A stretch of 64,000 nucleotides of DNA from an uncultured Planctomycetaceae bacterium. GTDB lineage: Bacteria; Planctomycetota; Planctomycetia; Pirellulales; PALSA-1355. Where the stretch lies: assembly GCA_963785305.1 (NCBI GenBank), contig CAWAUV010000008.1, positions 1,440,001-1,504,000 on the forward strand, written 5' to 3'. The notes below the pieces were generated by a model. It worked only from the letters and a program-made list of their open reading frames with translations. It searched no databases and was not told the origin of the DNA. Numbering within the stretch: position 1 is the stretch's first letter; the number at the start of each line of letters is the position of its first letter. Positions 20,255 through 31,714 of this stretch are shown one piece after another. The position numbers were made by a program, and so were the translations under genes.

Positions 20255-23212
20255 ATGCAACGCAAATTGTTTATCGCTCGCTCGCGCCGCCTCGACCGCT
20301 GGGCGGGTCTGCTGATGGGTTTCGCGCTTTTGGCGGGCTTTTCCACTCGCGCCGCCTGGGCCGAGCCGCCTAGCTTAGAAACAGCTCGAAAGCTTTTTCT
20401 CACCGGCAAATACGAAGAAGCGCTCGAAAGCTACGAGGCGATCGCCGCGGCCCGAGAACCGGAGCAGGAACCCGGCGCCGTGGGCGGCAAGCCGGCCGCG
20501 GAGCCCGCGAAGGAGAATGCCAAGCCAAACCCGGCGGCCGAAGCCCAGCTTGGCATCGCGCGGTGTCAACTCGCAACCGGCCACTACGAAGACGCCGCCA
20601 CGTCGCTCGCGACGGCCCAGAAGGCGTTTCCCAACGACGCGCGGTTTGTCGCCGAATCGGCTTGGCTTGCACACGATGAAGGCGCCGCCGATCGCGCCGG
20701 CGAGCTCGTGACGCAAGCGCTCAAGCTCGACGCCGCGCAGCCGCTTGCCCACTATGTGCAAGCTTTGCTCGACACGGAAGCCGGCCGGCTCGACGCCGCC
20801 GACAAGGGCTATCACTGGTTCGTCGACTTCTACAATCATCGCGATATCAAAGATCCCGACGTGCTCCGGCTGGTCGGATTGGCTTCGGCCCAATATGCGC
20901 GCTGGCATCGCCTGCAAGACCAGTTCGGTTTTCTGGTCAACGAGTTTTGGGCCGACACCCTGGCCGCGAATCCCGACTATTGGCCGGCGCATTATGAAGC
21001 CGGTCGGCTTTATATGGAGAAGTTCAACGAAGCCGACGCCGAGCGCGAGCTCAAGGCGGCGGTGTCGGCCAATCCCTCGTCGGCCGAGGCCCATGCCGCG
21101 GTCGCGGAGCTCGCGGTGGCGAACTTCGAACTCGACGCCGCCCAAGCGGCAATCGACCAGGCGCTCGAGATCAACCCGCGCCTGCTGGCCGCGCATTGGG
21201 CGCTGGCCGATGTGCATTTTTCCAATGTCGAGCCGCGGAAGGCGATTCCGGTGTTGGAAGCCGCCTTGAAATGGAACCCCACGAGCGCGGGCACGCTCGG
21301 CCGGTTGGCCACGGCCTATGCCGCGGTCGATGGGACCGCGCTCGACGGAACCGCGCAAGAAAAGGCCGCCGCAAGCCGCGCCGGCAAAGTAATCGACGCG
21401 GCGATGGCAAGGAATCCTCATCCCGGCGAATTTTGGGCCACCGTGGGCGATGCCTTCGATCGGCTCCGCCGCTATCCGCCCGCCGCCATCGCCTACCGCA
21501 AGGCGATCGATTGCATGCCGCAATTGCTCGCGCCGCGCGGCGCTTGGGGCATGGTGCTGATGCGGCTCGGCGAGGAGACCGAGGCCCGCAAGGTGCTCGA
21601 CGCCGCCTTCGAGGCCGATCCCTTCAATGTGCGCGTGAGCAACACACTCAAGGTGCTGGAAGTGCTCGATGGCTACGAAACGTTGGAAACCGCGCATTTT
21701 CGGGTGCGATTCGATCCGAAGCATGACAAGCTGCTCGCTCAATACGCGGCCGGCTGGCTCGAGGAAGTGTATCCCCTGCTATGCAAACAAATGGGTTACG
21801 CGCCGGCCGACAAATCGCTGTTCGAAATCTTCAATAAAGCAAAGCACACCGATGGCCACGGCTGGTTCAGCGCTCGCATGGTGGGGCTGCCGCACATTCA
21901 CACGATCGGCGCCTGCGCCGGCAAGATGGTGGCGATGCAATCGCCCATCGGCGGGCAGCCGTTTAATTGGGGTCGCGTGCTCAAGCACGAATTCATCCAT
22001 GTGTTGAACTTGCAGCAAACCCATTTCAACGTTCCCCATTGGTACACCGAAGCGCTCGCCACGCTCAATGAAGGCTATCCGCGCCCGCAAAGCTGGAACG
22101 ACCTGCTCATCGAGCGGCTCAAGAACGACAAACTCTTCGATCTCGACTCGATCAACCTCGGCTTCATTCGCGCGCATTCGGGCGACGAATGGAATCTCGC
22201 CTATTGCCAAGCCGAGCTCTATGCCGAATACATGCTCGCCCGCTTCGGCGACGACGCGCTGGCCAAGATGCTGGCCGCCTATGCCGAGAATCTCACCACG
22301 CGCGAAGCCATTCGCCACGCTTTCCAGATCGATCAGGCCGAATTCGAGCGCGGCTACAAGGACTATGTGGCGAAGCTCGTGGCGGGACTTGCCGCGAACG
22401 GGCCACCGCGCGAGAAATCGCTTTCCGAACTGCAAGCCGCGCTCAAGGCCGACCCGAGGAATCCGGGCCTTTTGGCCCAGATGGCCCTGGCGCAGTTTCG
22501 CCGCAAGCAATATCCCGAAGCGCGGCGGCTGGTCGACGCGGCCCGCAAAGGCGATCCGCGCGAACCGTTGGCCGCCTATGTTCGCGCCCGGCTGCATCTG
22601 CTCGTGGGAGAAAACAGCGAGGGGCTCAAGATGCTACAAGACGCGCTCGACGAGCAACACCCGCAGCCGCAATTGCTCGCGCTCCTGGCAGGCCTGAAAC
22701 TCAAGAGCGAGGACTATGCCGGCGCGGCCCGGCTCTATGAACTGGGCGCTCGCGACGAACCCGACAATATTCAGTGGACGAAATCGTTGGCCGCGCTGTA
22801 TTTGAAGAGCGATCAGCCGAAGAAACTGGCGCCGCTCTTGGCCAAGTTGGCCGAGAACGACGCCGAAGACTTCACCGTTCGCAAGAAATTGGCCGACATC
22901 GCGCTCCACGACGAAGACTATGCCGGCGTCGAACGCTGGACCGTTTCGGGCCTGCATATCGATGTGCTCGATCCCGACCTGCACGCTTGGCGAGCGCAAG
23001 CGGCCCTGAAGCGCGACGACCCGGCGCTGGCCGCCGACGAGCTCGCCGCCGGCCTCGAAATCGATCCCGAGAACAACGCCTTGCGATTTTCTCTGGCCGA
23101 TGCCGAGCGCGCCGCCGGTAAGCCCGCGCAAGCTCGCGCGACACTCGCGGAACTTTTACGTCGCGATCCAAAATATCCCGGCGCGGAAGCATTGCTCAAG
23201 AGTTTGCCATGA
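20255..23212 (+). CDS. Secreted TPR-repeat protein with central peptidase MA-like zincin domain
   Basis: Signal peptide (AAWA-E), many TPR-like helices, HExxH motif VLKHEFIHV followed by PHWYTEALA and LAYCQA. Confidence 0.82.
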   Translation: MQRKLFIARSRRLDRWAGLLMGFALLAGFSTRAAWAEPPSLETARKLFLTGKYEEALESYEAIAAAREPEQEPGAVGGKPAAEPAKENAKPNPAAEAQLGIARCQLATGHYEDAATSLATAQKAFPNDARFVAESAWLAHDEGAADRAGELVTQALKLDAAQPLAHYVQALLDTEAGRLDAADKGYHWFVDFYNHRDIKDPDVLRLVGLASAQYARWHRLQDQFGFLVNEFWADTLAANPDYWPAHYEAGRLYMEKFNEADAERELKAAVSANPSSAEAHAAVAELAVANFELDAAQAAIDQALEINPRLLAAHWALADVHFSNVEPRKAIPVLEAALKWNPTSAGTLGRLATAYAAVDGTALDGTAQEKAAASRAGKVIDAAMARNPHPGEFWATVGDAFDRLRRYPPAAIAYRKAIDCMPQLLAPRGAWGMVLMRLGEETEARKVLDAAFEADPFNVRVSNTLKVLEVLDGYETLETAHFRVRFDPKHDKLLAQYAAGWLEEVYPLLCKQMGYAPADKSLFEIFNKAKHTDGHGWFSARMVGLPHIHTIGACAGKMVAMQSPIGGQPFNWGRVLKHEFIHVLNLQQTHFNVPHWYTEALATLNEGYPRPQSWNDLLIERLKNDKLFDLDSINLGFIRAHSGDEWNLAYCQAELYAEYMLARFGDDALAKMLAAYAENLTTREAIRHAFQIDQAEFERGYKDYVAKLVAGLAANGPPREKSLSELQAALKADPRNPGLLAQMALAQFRRKQYPEARRLVDAARKGDPREPLAAYVRARLHLLVGENSEGLKMLQDALDEQHPQPQLLALLAGLKLKSEDYAGAARLYELGARDEPDNIQWTKSLAALYLKSDQPKKLAPLLAKLAENDAEDFTVRKKLADIALHDEDYAGVERWTVSGLHIDVLDPDLHAWRAQAALKRDDPALAADELAAGLEIDPENNALRFSLADAERAAGKPAQARATLAELLRRDPKYPGAEALLKSLP

Positions 23213-23247
23213 AATAGGGTGTGTTCGGCAAATAGCGTGTGTTCGGC
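23212..23247 (+). repeat. 18-bp tandem duplication
   Basis: AAATAGGGTGTGTTCGGC followed directly by AAATAGCGTGTGTTCGGC (17/18 identical). Confidence 0.8.
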
Positions 23248-23392
23248 GCGGACTTCGGCGCCGCGAATGTTCGTTACCCATCGAAAATGAATTGTCGCCG
23301 CGTGCATGGGGGGGCGGCCATCGTCCATTCCTTTCGCGGCAATCGCCTCCCGCTTGTTTTCCCGAATATCTCTCGAGGAAGGTGGCATCGAC

Positions 23393-23740
23393 TTGGATTC
23401 GCAATCAAATGCCCATGGCCCGGCCGATGTGACGCGGGCGGTGACGCTGCGTGATTTTCAATCGCTGATTCGCGCCATGTATTTCGAGAAAGACAAGGCG
23501 CGCGGCGTCGATGGCACCTTTATGTGGCTCATGGAAGAAGTGGGCGAGCTCGCCGCCGCGCTCCGCGGTGGCTCGCACGAAGAACGCCTTGGCGAATTCG
23601 CCGATGTGCTCGCCTGGCTGGCCACGATCGCCAATGTGGCCGGAGTCGATCTCTCGGAGGCGGTCGCTCTCAAATATGGCTCGGGCTGTCCCGGTTGTGG
23701 CCAGTTCGTTTGCCGCTGCGTCGACGCGGAGAAACCATGA
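23393..23740 (+). CDS. MazG-like nucleotide pyrophosphohydrolase (single domain)
   Basis: WLMEEVGELA...EEFADV-like motif (GEFADVLAWL), C-terminal CPGC...CRC. TTG start preceded by GAGGAAGG. Confidence 0.85.
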   Translation: MDSQSNAHGPADVTRAVTLRDFQSLIRAMYFEKDKARGVDGTFMWLMEEVGELAAALRGGSHEERLGEFADVLAWLATIANVAGVDLSEAVALKYGSGCPGCGQFVCRCVDAEKP

Positions 23741-26038
23741 GAGCCATCGCGGTCGTCGTAGGCGCACTATTGTTCATGCTTGCCGCGAGCGCGCGGCTCG
23801 GCGCGGCCGCCGATGCGAATTCCTCGGCGTCGGCATCGGCCTCGACGCCGAAGGTTCCCGTTATCGCATCGCTGCGGGCCGGGTTTGCCGCGAATTACAA
23901 GCAAGGCGCCTGGACACCCTGGCGAGTTACGATCGTCGGCGGCGCCGAGCCGGCCATCGCCCGCGTGACTCTCGCCCTGCTCGACAACGACGGCGTGAAA
24001 GCCTATGTGACGCCGCCCGACAACGCTCCGCTGCAATTGTTGCCGGGCAAGGAGAGCGTGGTCACGGTCTTCGCCAAGCTCGGGTCGACCAGCGGACCGT
24101 GCGACGTGATTCTCGACGTGGAAGGCGCTTCGCGGCCAATCTCGCGGCAGTTCGAGTTCGGCGCGGCCGATGCTCCAGCCGATCCACTCGAGTCGACGCG
24201 AAAACTGATCGTTTGTCTGGGCGGAGCGCCCGAGCTGGCCGACATTGGCCCGCAACCGCAAGGCTGGGACGACCAGCGGCCGGCCGTGGCGCGACTCCAG
24301 CGAGCGGAGGAGCTGACGACCAAATCGTTTGGCTACGACGGAGTCGACACCGTGGTGCTCTTCACCAGCGACCCGCGGCCGTTGCGGTCGCTGGCGCCGC
24401 GGACCGCTCGCGAGGCGGCCTTGGACGCCTGGGTGCGCGACGGCGGAACCCTTGTCATGTGCGTGGCTCGCTCGGCCGAGGAAATGCTCGGTCCCGATGG
24501 GCCGCTGAGCGGTTTCGTTCCCGGAGTGTTCGAGGAGATCGTGGCGCTACGGCAAACGACCGCTTGGGAAGATTATGCCGAGACCGGCGAGCCGCTGCCG
24601 CTCGCTCCCGAGGCCGATGGCCAGCCGGGCCGGTTGCTCGCGCCGCGGCTGCGGAATGTGAGCGGAGTGATCGAAGCCCATGAAGGTCCGCGGCCCGGGG
24701 ATTTGCCGCTCGTGACGCGAAGCGCGCACGGTTTTGGCGAGGTGGTGTTCGTGGCGGCCGACTTGGACCAAGCGCCCTTCAAAGGCTGGGAGGGAACTCA
24801 CAAACTTTGGGAAAAGATTCTCGCCCGTCACAAAGACGATGAAGCTCCGCCGCAAAACGGCGCCCAGGGCCAAATCCAGTGGTACGGTTACAAGGACCTG
24901 GGCGGCCAGTTGCATGCCGCGCTCGAGCAATTCGCTGGCGTGAGCGTGCCGTTTGCCTTGGTCGTGGCGCTGGCGATCATCTACATCACGCTGATCGGGC
25001 CGGTCGATTATTTCGTGCTCAAGCGGTTCGTGCGGCGCATGGAATGGACTTGGTTCACGTTTCCGCTGATCGTCGTGTCGTTCAGCGCGTTCGCGTATTT
25101 CCTGGCCTATCAACTCAAGGGCACGGATATTCGCACCAATCAGGTCGATTTGATCGATATCGATGTGCCGACCGGCCGTGTGCGCGGCCTCATGTGGTCG
25201 ATGCTGTTTAGCCCGGCCTCGGAGACTTATAACCTCGGCGTCGAGCCGCGCTTGCCGCGCGTGATGACCGACGACGAGCGCGAGGCGCAGCGTTTCGGCT
25301 TCGGGCGCCGCGCTCGCCGACGCCATGGCGCCCACCCGAGCCGAAATCCTATTTTCCTGGCTCGGATTGCCAGGCTCCGGCTTTGGCGGACTCGGCCGGC
25401 GGGGTCCGGGGAATACATTGTTTCAAGGCGCCTATGCCTTCGGTCCCGAGCTCGCCACGATCGATCAATTGCCGATTCCCATCTGGAGCACCAAGGGTCT
25501 CACGGCGCGGTGGACGACCCAAGCCGAGGCGCTGCTCACCGCCGATCTGAGCGATCCGGGCGATCAGGCGATCAAGGGCTCGATCGAAAACCACTCGACG
25601 CTCTCGCTCACGGAGGCGGTGCTCGTCTACGAGCGCTGGGCCTTTCCGCTTGGCGCCATTGCCCCGGGCGCCGCCGTGTCTTTCGAGGGCCGCGCGGACC
25701 AGCAGAATGTCGACACCTATTTCAAGCGCGACTCGCGCGTCGGCGGCGCCGACACGGTAAAGCCCTACGATGTGAGCGGGACGAATGTCGATCGCGTCAT
25801 GGAAATGATTATGTTTCACGAAGCGGCCGGCGGGATCGCCTATACCCAGCTCGGCAACGGCTTCGAGCGCTCGCTCGACGCCGCCAAGCAACTGCGCTGT
25901 GGCAGGGCGGTGCTCATGGGTCGCGCCCCTTCGGGCGGCGCCATGATTCTGCGCGATGGCAAACCGCTGGTCGGCCCCGAGGACCATCGCACCACATTCG
26001 TCCGCTTTTTTTTGCCCGTGGAAAAAAGGCGGCCTTGA
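23737..26038 (+). CDS. Membrane protein with large extracytoplasmic domains, ABC-transporter associated (apparent frameshift near 25300)
   Basis: ATGA overlap with the MazG stop, signal peptide, GATase-like stretch (YDGVDTVVL...AWVRDGGTLV), two TM helices (YITLIGPVDYFVLKR...WTWFTFP). C-terminus continues in ORF 25325..26038. Confidence 0.75.
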
Positions 26039-26119
26039 GCCCCCGGAAACGCGGCGCCGAGCGCCTCGCCGTTTACCAACCACCGGATACCCCATCCCCA
26101 GCCGCAGCGAGCATGCACC

Positions 26120-27160
<1,041 letters not shown>

Positions 27161-27410
27161 CGCGCGTGCCGGCGGCAGCGCGACGAATGATTTGCCCGCG
27201 CCCGATCCCGTTCGTCGCTCCGGTCGCTAGCGCCTCGAAGTCCATTTCCTTAATGTCTCCAGAATCGGCGGTTCCTTTCGAGCCGGATAGCGTGGGGTGG
27301 CGTATAATACTTAAGCGGCGCCATGCCTCAAAACGCTCGGACAGCGCCGCGGCGATCGGGGTGTTCGACTTCTTCGATATTATTCGCGATGTGGTTCGGA
27401 GCAAGGGGCG

Positions 27411-28208
27411 ATGTCCAGTTTGTTGCAATCCGTCTCGCAGTTCATTCGCGGCGTGGCCTTTTTAATTCTCGCCTCGCTGGCGGCCGTCGCCAGTTGGTTC
27501 GGCTACGAAACCATCACGCATAACTCCCGGGTCGACGAACAACTCAAAGCCAGCGCCGCCGAACTCGAAAAGAGCCGGGTCGAGATCGACTCGCTCCGCG
27601 GCGACGTGGCCGTTAAGTCGCGCGAGATCGAGCGGCTCGATCTGGCGGTGCGGCTGCTCAAGGTCGATCACCGCGTGGCCGAGATCGTGGTGCTCGACCA
27701 GTGGGAGTCCGACGTCGAGAAGCGGCTGAAGACCAAGTTCGAATTCCGCGATGTCGACGATTCCGGCCGCATGCTCGACCCCGAGCCCAAGGTGTTCACC
27801 ATCGATGGCGATGTGGTGTATATCAACGCCTGGGTCGTGAAGTACGACGACGCGCTCGTGGAACAGGGCGATCCGCTGCGTTCGACGAGCATCTGCCTCT
27901 TCCGCCGGATTTTCGGCGAGTTCCAGCAGCCGAGCGAAGGCTTTCGGCTCGACACCGCTTCGTCGCGGCCGGTCGCCTACGGCGGCTCGAAGGATATGAG
28001 CGACTACGAAAAACAGCTATGGACTCATTTCTGGGAATACGCCAACAACTCCGACACGGCGAAGAAAGCCGGAGTGCGCGCGGCCCATGGCGAAGCCCCG
28101 TCGATCAAGCTCCAGCCCGGCAAGTTGTATAAGCTGCTGCTGCGCGCCTCGGGCGGCCTGACGATCGAAACCCAAGACCTGCCAAAAAACCGCGGCGAAG
28201 CGTTTTAG
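27411..28208 (+). CDS. Hypothetical membrane-anchored protein with coiled coil
   Basis: N-terminal TM helix, heptad-like segment, globular C-terminal domain. Host-like codon usage and GGGG SD-like sequence upstream. Confidence 0.75.
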   Translation: MSSLLQSVSQFIRGVAFLILASLAAVASWFGYETITHNSRVDEQLKASAAELEKSRVEIDSLRGDVAVKSREIERLDLAVRLLKVDHRVAEIVVLDQWESDVEKRLKTKFEFRDVDDSGRMLDPEPKVFTIDGDVVYINAWVVKYDDALVEQGDPLRSTSICLFRRIFGEFQQPSEGFRLDTASSRPVAYGGSKDMSDYEKQLWTHFWEYANNSDTAKKAGVRAAHGEAPSIKLQPGKLYKLLLRASGGLTIETQDLPKNRGEAF

Positions 28209-28429
28209 AAATTCCGCCGTGCGCGGGACGATGGTTAATAGCCAGTTGAAATATTCAACAGGCCGCGCCGCCGCGATTTGCCCGCCAGCCGGAAGCTCGC
28301 CAGCGCGAAAAGCTTGCCGGTCGATCGAAGCGGCGCGGAATCGCGCCGGCTGCGTCGGGCTGGCCGAGTGGATACAATCATTTCGTCTCACGAAACAACC
28401 CCCCGCCTGAACACGAATGGCGCCCATCC

Positions 28430-30040
28430 ATGAAAGCCGCCTCGCTGATCGCCGCTTCCCTGCTTGTCATCACGGCCGGTCTCCATGCATATGCCCAAGA
28501 GACGCGGCCCGATGGCTGGCGCCCGCTGTTCGATGGCAAGACGCTCGACGGTTGGGAGCATGTCGGCCCCGGAAAAATGATCGTCGAAGACGGCCTGATC
28601 CGCACTGAGGGCGGCATGGGGCTGCTCTGGTATACCCGCGAGAAGTTCGGCGACTGCACGCTGCGAGTCGTGTACAAGACCACCGATCCGAAGTCGAATT
28701 CAGGCGTGTTCGTTCGCATCGATGGCCCGCCCAAGGACGAATGGCACGCGGTCCATCATGGCTACGAAGTGCAAATATACGACGACGCCGATGAGTTTCA
28801 TCGCACCGGGTCGATCTATTCGCTATCGAAGTCGCTGGCCGCTCCCGCCAAATTCGGCGAATGGCACACGATGGATATCACCCTGCGGGGCCCGCGGGTC
28901 ATCGTCACGCTCGATGGCGCGCGGGTTCAGGATTTCGATCCCGGCGCGGCGGCGATGCCCGAGCGGAAGCAGTCCTATGAACCCGAGCGCGGCCCTCGCC
29001 CCGAGTCGGGTTACATCGGCCTTCAGAACCACGATGATGTCAGCAAGGGGAAGCAGGTATACTTCAAGGAAGTCGCGGTTCGGCCAAACAGTCCGCCGAG
29101 CGATGGCGCGAGTTCCGCCCCCGGGAAACAATCGCGGCGGGACATGCGGCGCCCGCTGCCCGACTCGATTCGCGCGGAGCTCGATATTGCCTATGCGGGC
29201 GCCGACGATGTTCGCCAGCGGCTCGACCTTTATCTGCCCAAAAACCTGAAGGCCGGCACACGGTTGCCGCTTGTTGCCTATATTCATGGCGGTGGCTGGG
29301 CGGCCGGCGATAAGCGCGATGGCGCCGGTTTGGCCCGAGCGCTGGTTGGCGCCGGGCAATACGCCGTGGCGTCGATCGGCTATCGACTCAGTAGCGAAGC
29401 GGTTTGGCCGGCGCAAATCCACGACTGCAAAGCGGCGATCCGTTGGCTTCGAGCCAACGCCGCGGCGCACAATCTCGATCCCGATCACATCGGCGTCATG
29501 GGCGAATCGGCTGGCGGCCATCTGGGCGCGATGCTCGGCACGAGCGGCGGCGTGGCCGCGGTGGAAGGCGAACAAGGCGAGTATTTGGGCGTCAGCAGCC
29601 GGGTATCATGCGTCGTCGATCAATATGGACCGACCGATTTCCTCATGGGGAGCAGTCTGACCGATCTGGTCGGCTTTACCCCGCTCGATAGCCCGCATTC
29701 GCCGGTGTTCCAGCTCATGGGCGGTCCCGTGAGCAAGAACAAGTCTCGCGCCCGCGACGCTTCGCCGATTACGTATGTGTCTCAAGACGACGCGCCGTTC
29801 CTGCTGATTCATGGGACGAACGACAATGTGGTTCCCTATGTGCAATCGATTCTGCTGGCTGGAGCGCTGAAGAAATCCGGCGTGGAAACGATTCTCATTC
29901 GGGTCGATGGCGGCGGACACGGCGGCTTCGGCTCGCCGGAAATATCGCGGAGAATGCGACAATTCCTCGACAAGCACTTGCTTGGCAAGGAGGAGTCGAT
30001 TTCAGCCGAACCCATTCAAGTCGGCGAGCGCCGACCCTGA
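28430..30040 (+). CDS. Secreted DUF1080 (3-keto-disaccharide hydrolase-like) domain fused to an alpha/beta-hydrolase esterase
   Basis: WRPLFDGKTLDGW, NSGVFVR, YEVQIYD and GYIGLQNH, then IHGGGW, GESAGG nucleophile elbow, IHGTND and GGHG. Confidence 0.85.
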   Translation: MKAASLIAASLLVITAGLHAYAQETRPDGWRPLFDGKTLDGWEHVGPGKMIVEDGLIRTEGGMGLLWYTREKFGDCTLRVVYKTTDPKSNSGVFVRIDGPPKDEWHAVHHGYEVQIYDDADEFHRTGSIYSLSKSLAAPAKFGEWHTMDITLRGPRVIVTLDGARVQDFDPGAAAMPERKQSYEPERGPRPESGYIGLQNHDDVSKGKQVYFKEVAVRPNSPPSDGASSAPGKQSRRDMRRPLPDSIRAELDIAYAGADDVRQRLDLYLPKNLKAGTRLPLVAYIHGGGWAAGDKRDGAGLARALVGAGQYAVASIGYRLSSEAVWPAQIHDCKAAIRWLRANAAAHNLDPDHIGVMGESAGGHLGAMLGTSGGVAAVEGEQGEYLGVSSRVSCVVDQYGPTDFLMGSSLTDLVGFTPLDSPHSPVFQLMGGPVSKNKSRARDASPITYVSQDDAPFLLIHGTNDNVVPYVQSILLAGALKKSGVETILIRVDGGGHGGFGSPEISRRMRQFLDKHLLGKEESISAEPIQVGERRP

Positions 30041-30070
30041 CGCCTCGCGACCACTCCTCGCGCCGAACCC

Positions 30071-30340
30071 ATGACGCCTTGCGAGCTATGCGGACGAGCC
30101 AAGCCGCTCACGTTTCACCACCTGATTCCCAAGGCCGTTCACGGCAAGAAGCGCTTTCAGAAGCGACACACGAAGCAAGAGCTGCGAACCCTCGGCATCG
30201 ACATCTGCCGGCTCTGCCACAATGGAATTCACGACCTGCTTTCCGAGCGGGAACTGGCCGAGAACTTCACGACCAAGGAATCATTGCTCGCACATCCGGG
30301 CATCGCCAAGCACATCGCTTGGGTGAAGAAGCGGAAATGA
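30071..30340 (+). CDS. Small HNH-endonuclease-like protein
   Basis: CELC...TFHHLIPK...ICRLCHNGIH pattern. Confidence 0.75.
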   Translation: MTPCELCGRAKPLTFHHLIPKAVHGKKRFQKRHTKQELRTLGIDICRLCHNGIHDLLSERELAENFTTKESLLAHPGIAKHIAWVKKRK

Positions 30341-30398
30341 GCGCGGCTATTCGCCGGCGAATGTCCGAGGATCGAAACGAATCCCGACACCGACGTTC

Positions 30399-31504
30399 CT
30401 ACCCCAAGCCGAAAGCCTTGCGATTCTGTGCCGCTTCGTCCCGAATCATGCTGATTTCCGCATCCGGATCAACGTAGAGGCGTTGCACCGGCAGACACCA
30501 TTCGTTCCGCATGTATTTCGCGGGACCACAGGTCGTTCTGACAATCTCGCCGTCTGATCGTAGTGTGACGATGGAGGACCAAGGAAGGCCAAGATAGGTC
30601 GCCGCTGGGCGCCTTTGTCCAGCGCGATGGTCTTTTTGCCCCGCATTACGGCGGCAAACACTTCCGACTTCACGTCCAGATCAATTTGGATTGGCTCCCC
30701 GCCCGGCCATTCGAGAATCTCAATTGGAACGCCTCGTTCGAGCGCCGCCCGAATCAACAAATTGGCGACGATAGCTCGATGGCAATAAATCTTGCCGTTT
30801 TCTCTCGGCCATTCGCAGCCACAGAAGAAGATCAAACGTCTATTGTCGATCGCGGCTTTCATTGCTACGTCAAGGAGGTCGTCTGCCGCCTCGGGCTCCT
30901 TGATCTTGATCCTCTGGCCAGTTGTTTCAGCTATGCTGAGATTTCCCAGCGACTTCATCCAGCGGTATCGTTGTGCCCCCAGCGGCTTCTCGAAGCTGTC
31001 CTCTCTGAAGCCTGCTGCTCGCACGGAGCGATGAAGCCGAATGTCCACGAGAATCGGTGGCTTGAACCCTCGATCGGCTTCTACGGCATCCAGGGATTCG
31101 ATCAACTGATGCGTCGCATTTCCCCAGCCCCAATAGCCGAAAGTAAAAACTTGCAGTCGTTCCATGGATGTCTTCGCCGCTTCCCGTGCCAAAGAAAAAC
31201 TTCCCTTTGGTTTATATGCCCATCTGCCGCGGAGTTTCGTGCGATCGAACTGTTCCGCGGATACGGGAAGCCTTTCCGTGAATATTTTGCTAAACCATGC
31301 CACCATGTTGCTTGCGCACTTTTCATCGGAATCCAGTTGATTCGCGCGGCGTGCTTCCTTGACAAGCCCGCGCCCCAGTTCGTCATCCAGCAGCATCTTT
31401 GCGATAAGCCGGTGGGGCACAAAGTCCCTCTTATCCTCATGAAGATCCTGTATCAGACGCTCAATGATTGGAAACACGTCGTCGTGGGTGAATGAAGGGC
31501 TCAT
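30399..31504 (-). CDS. DUF488-like protein with extra N-terminal domain (apparent frameshift near 30607)
   Basis: FTFGY, LVDIR...GF, LGN and FFCGCE...CHR motifs resemble DUF488. The alternative frame after about 30607 reads LGLPWSSIV...GPAK...WCLPV to TAG at 30399-30401. AT-richer than its neighbours. Confidence 0.6.
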
Positions 31505-31714
31505 GGTTGAAAGTCTCGTACCGTGGGACGGCTTCGCGACGTGCCTCGGGATTGCGGCGCAAACGACGAATCAAGTGGCGGAATAAGCAATGCAATGGGG
31601 AAGTTCGTGCCAGAGGCCCGCATGCAAGAGCATGCCATGTAATCAACGCATCCTGGCTCGGGGCTCATCTCACGACAAGAGCGGGCATGGCGCTCGACGT
31701 TCATTCCGCGAATG

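Noticed and set aside
27303..27308. TATAAT -10 box upstream of the 27411 gene
   Set aside because: No convincing -35 or extended -10 element, so it cannot be supported from sequence alone.
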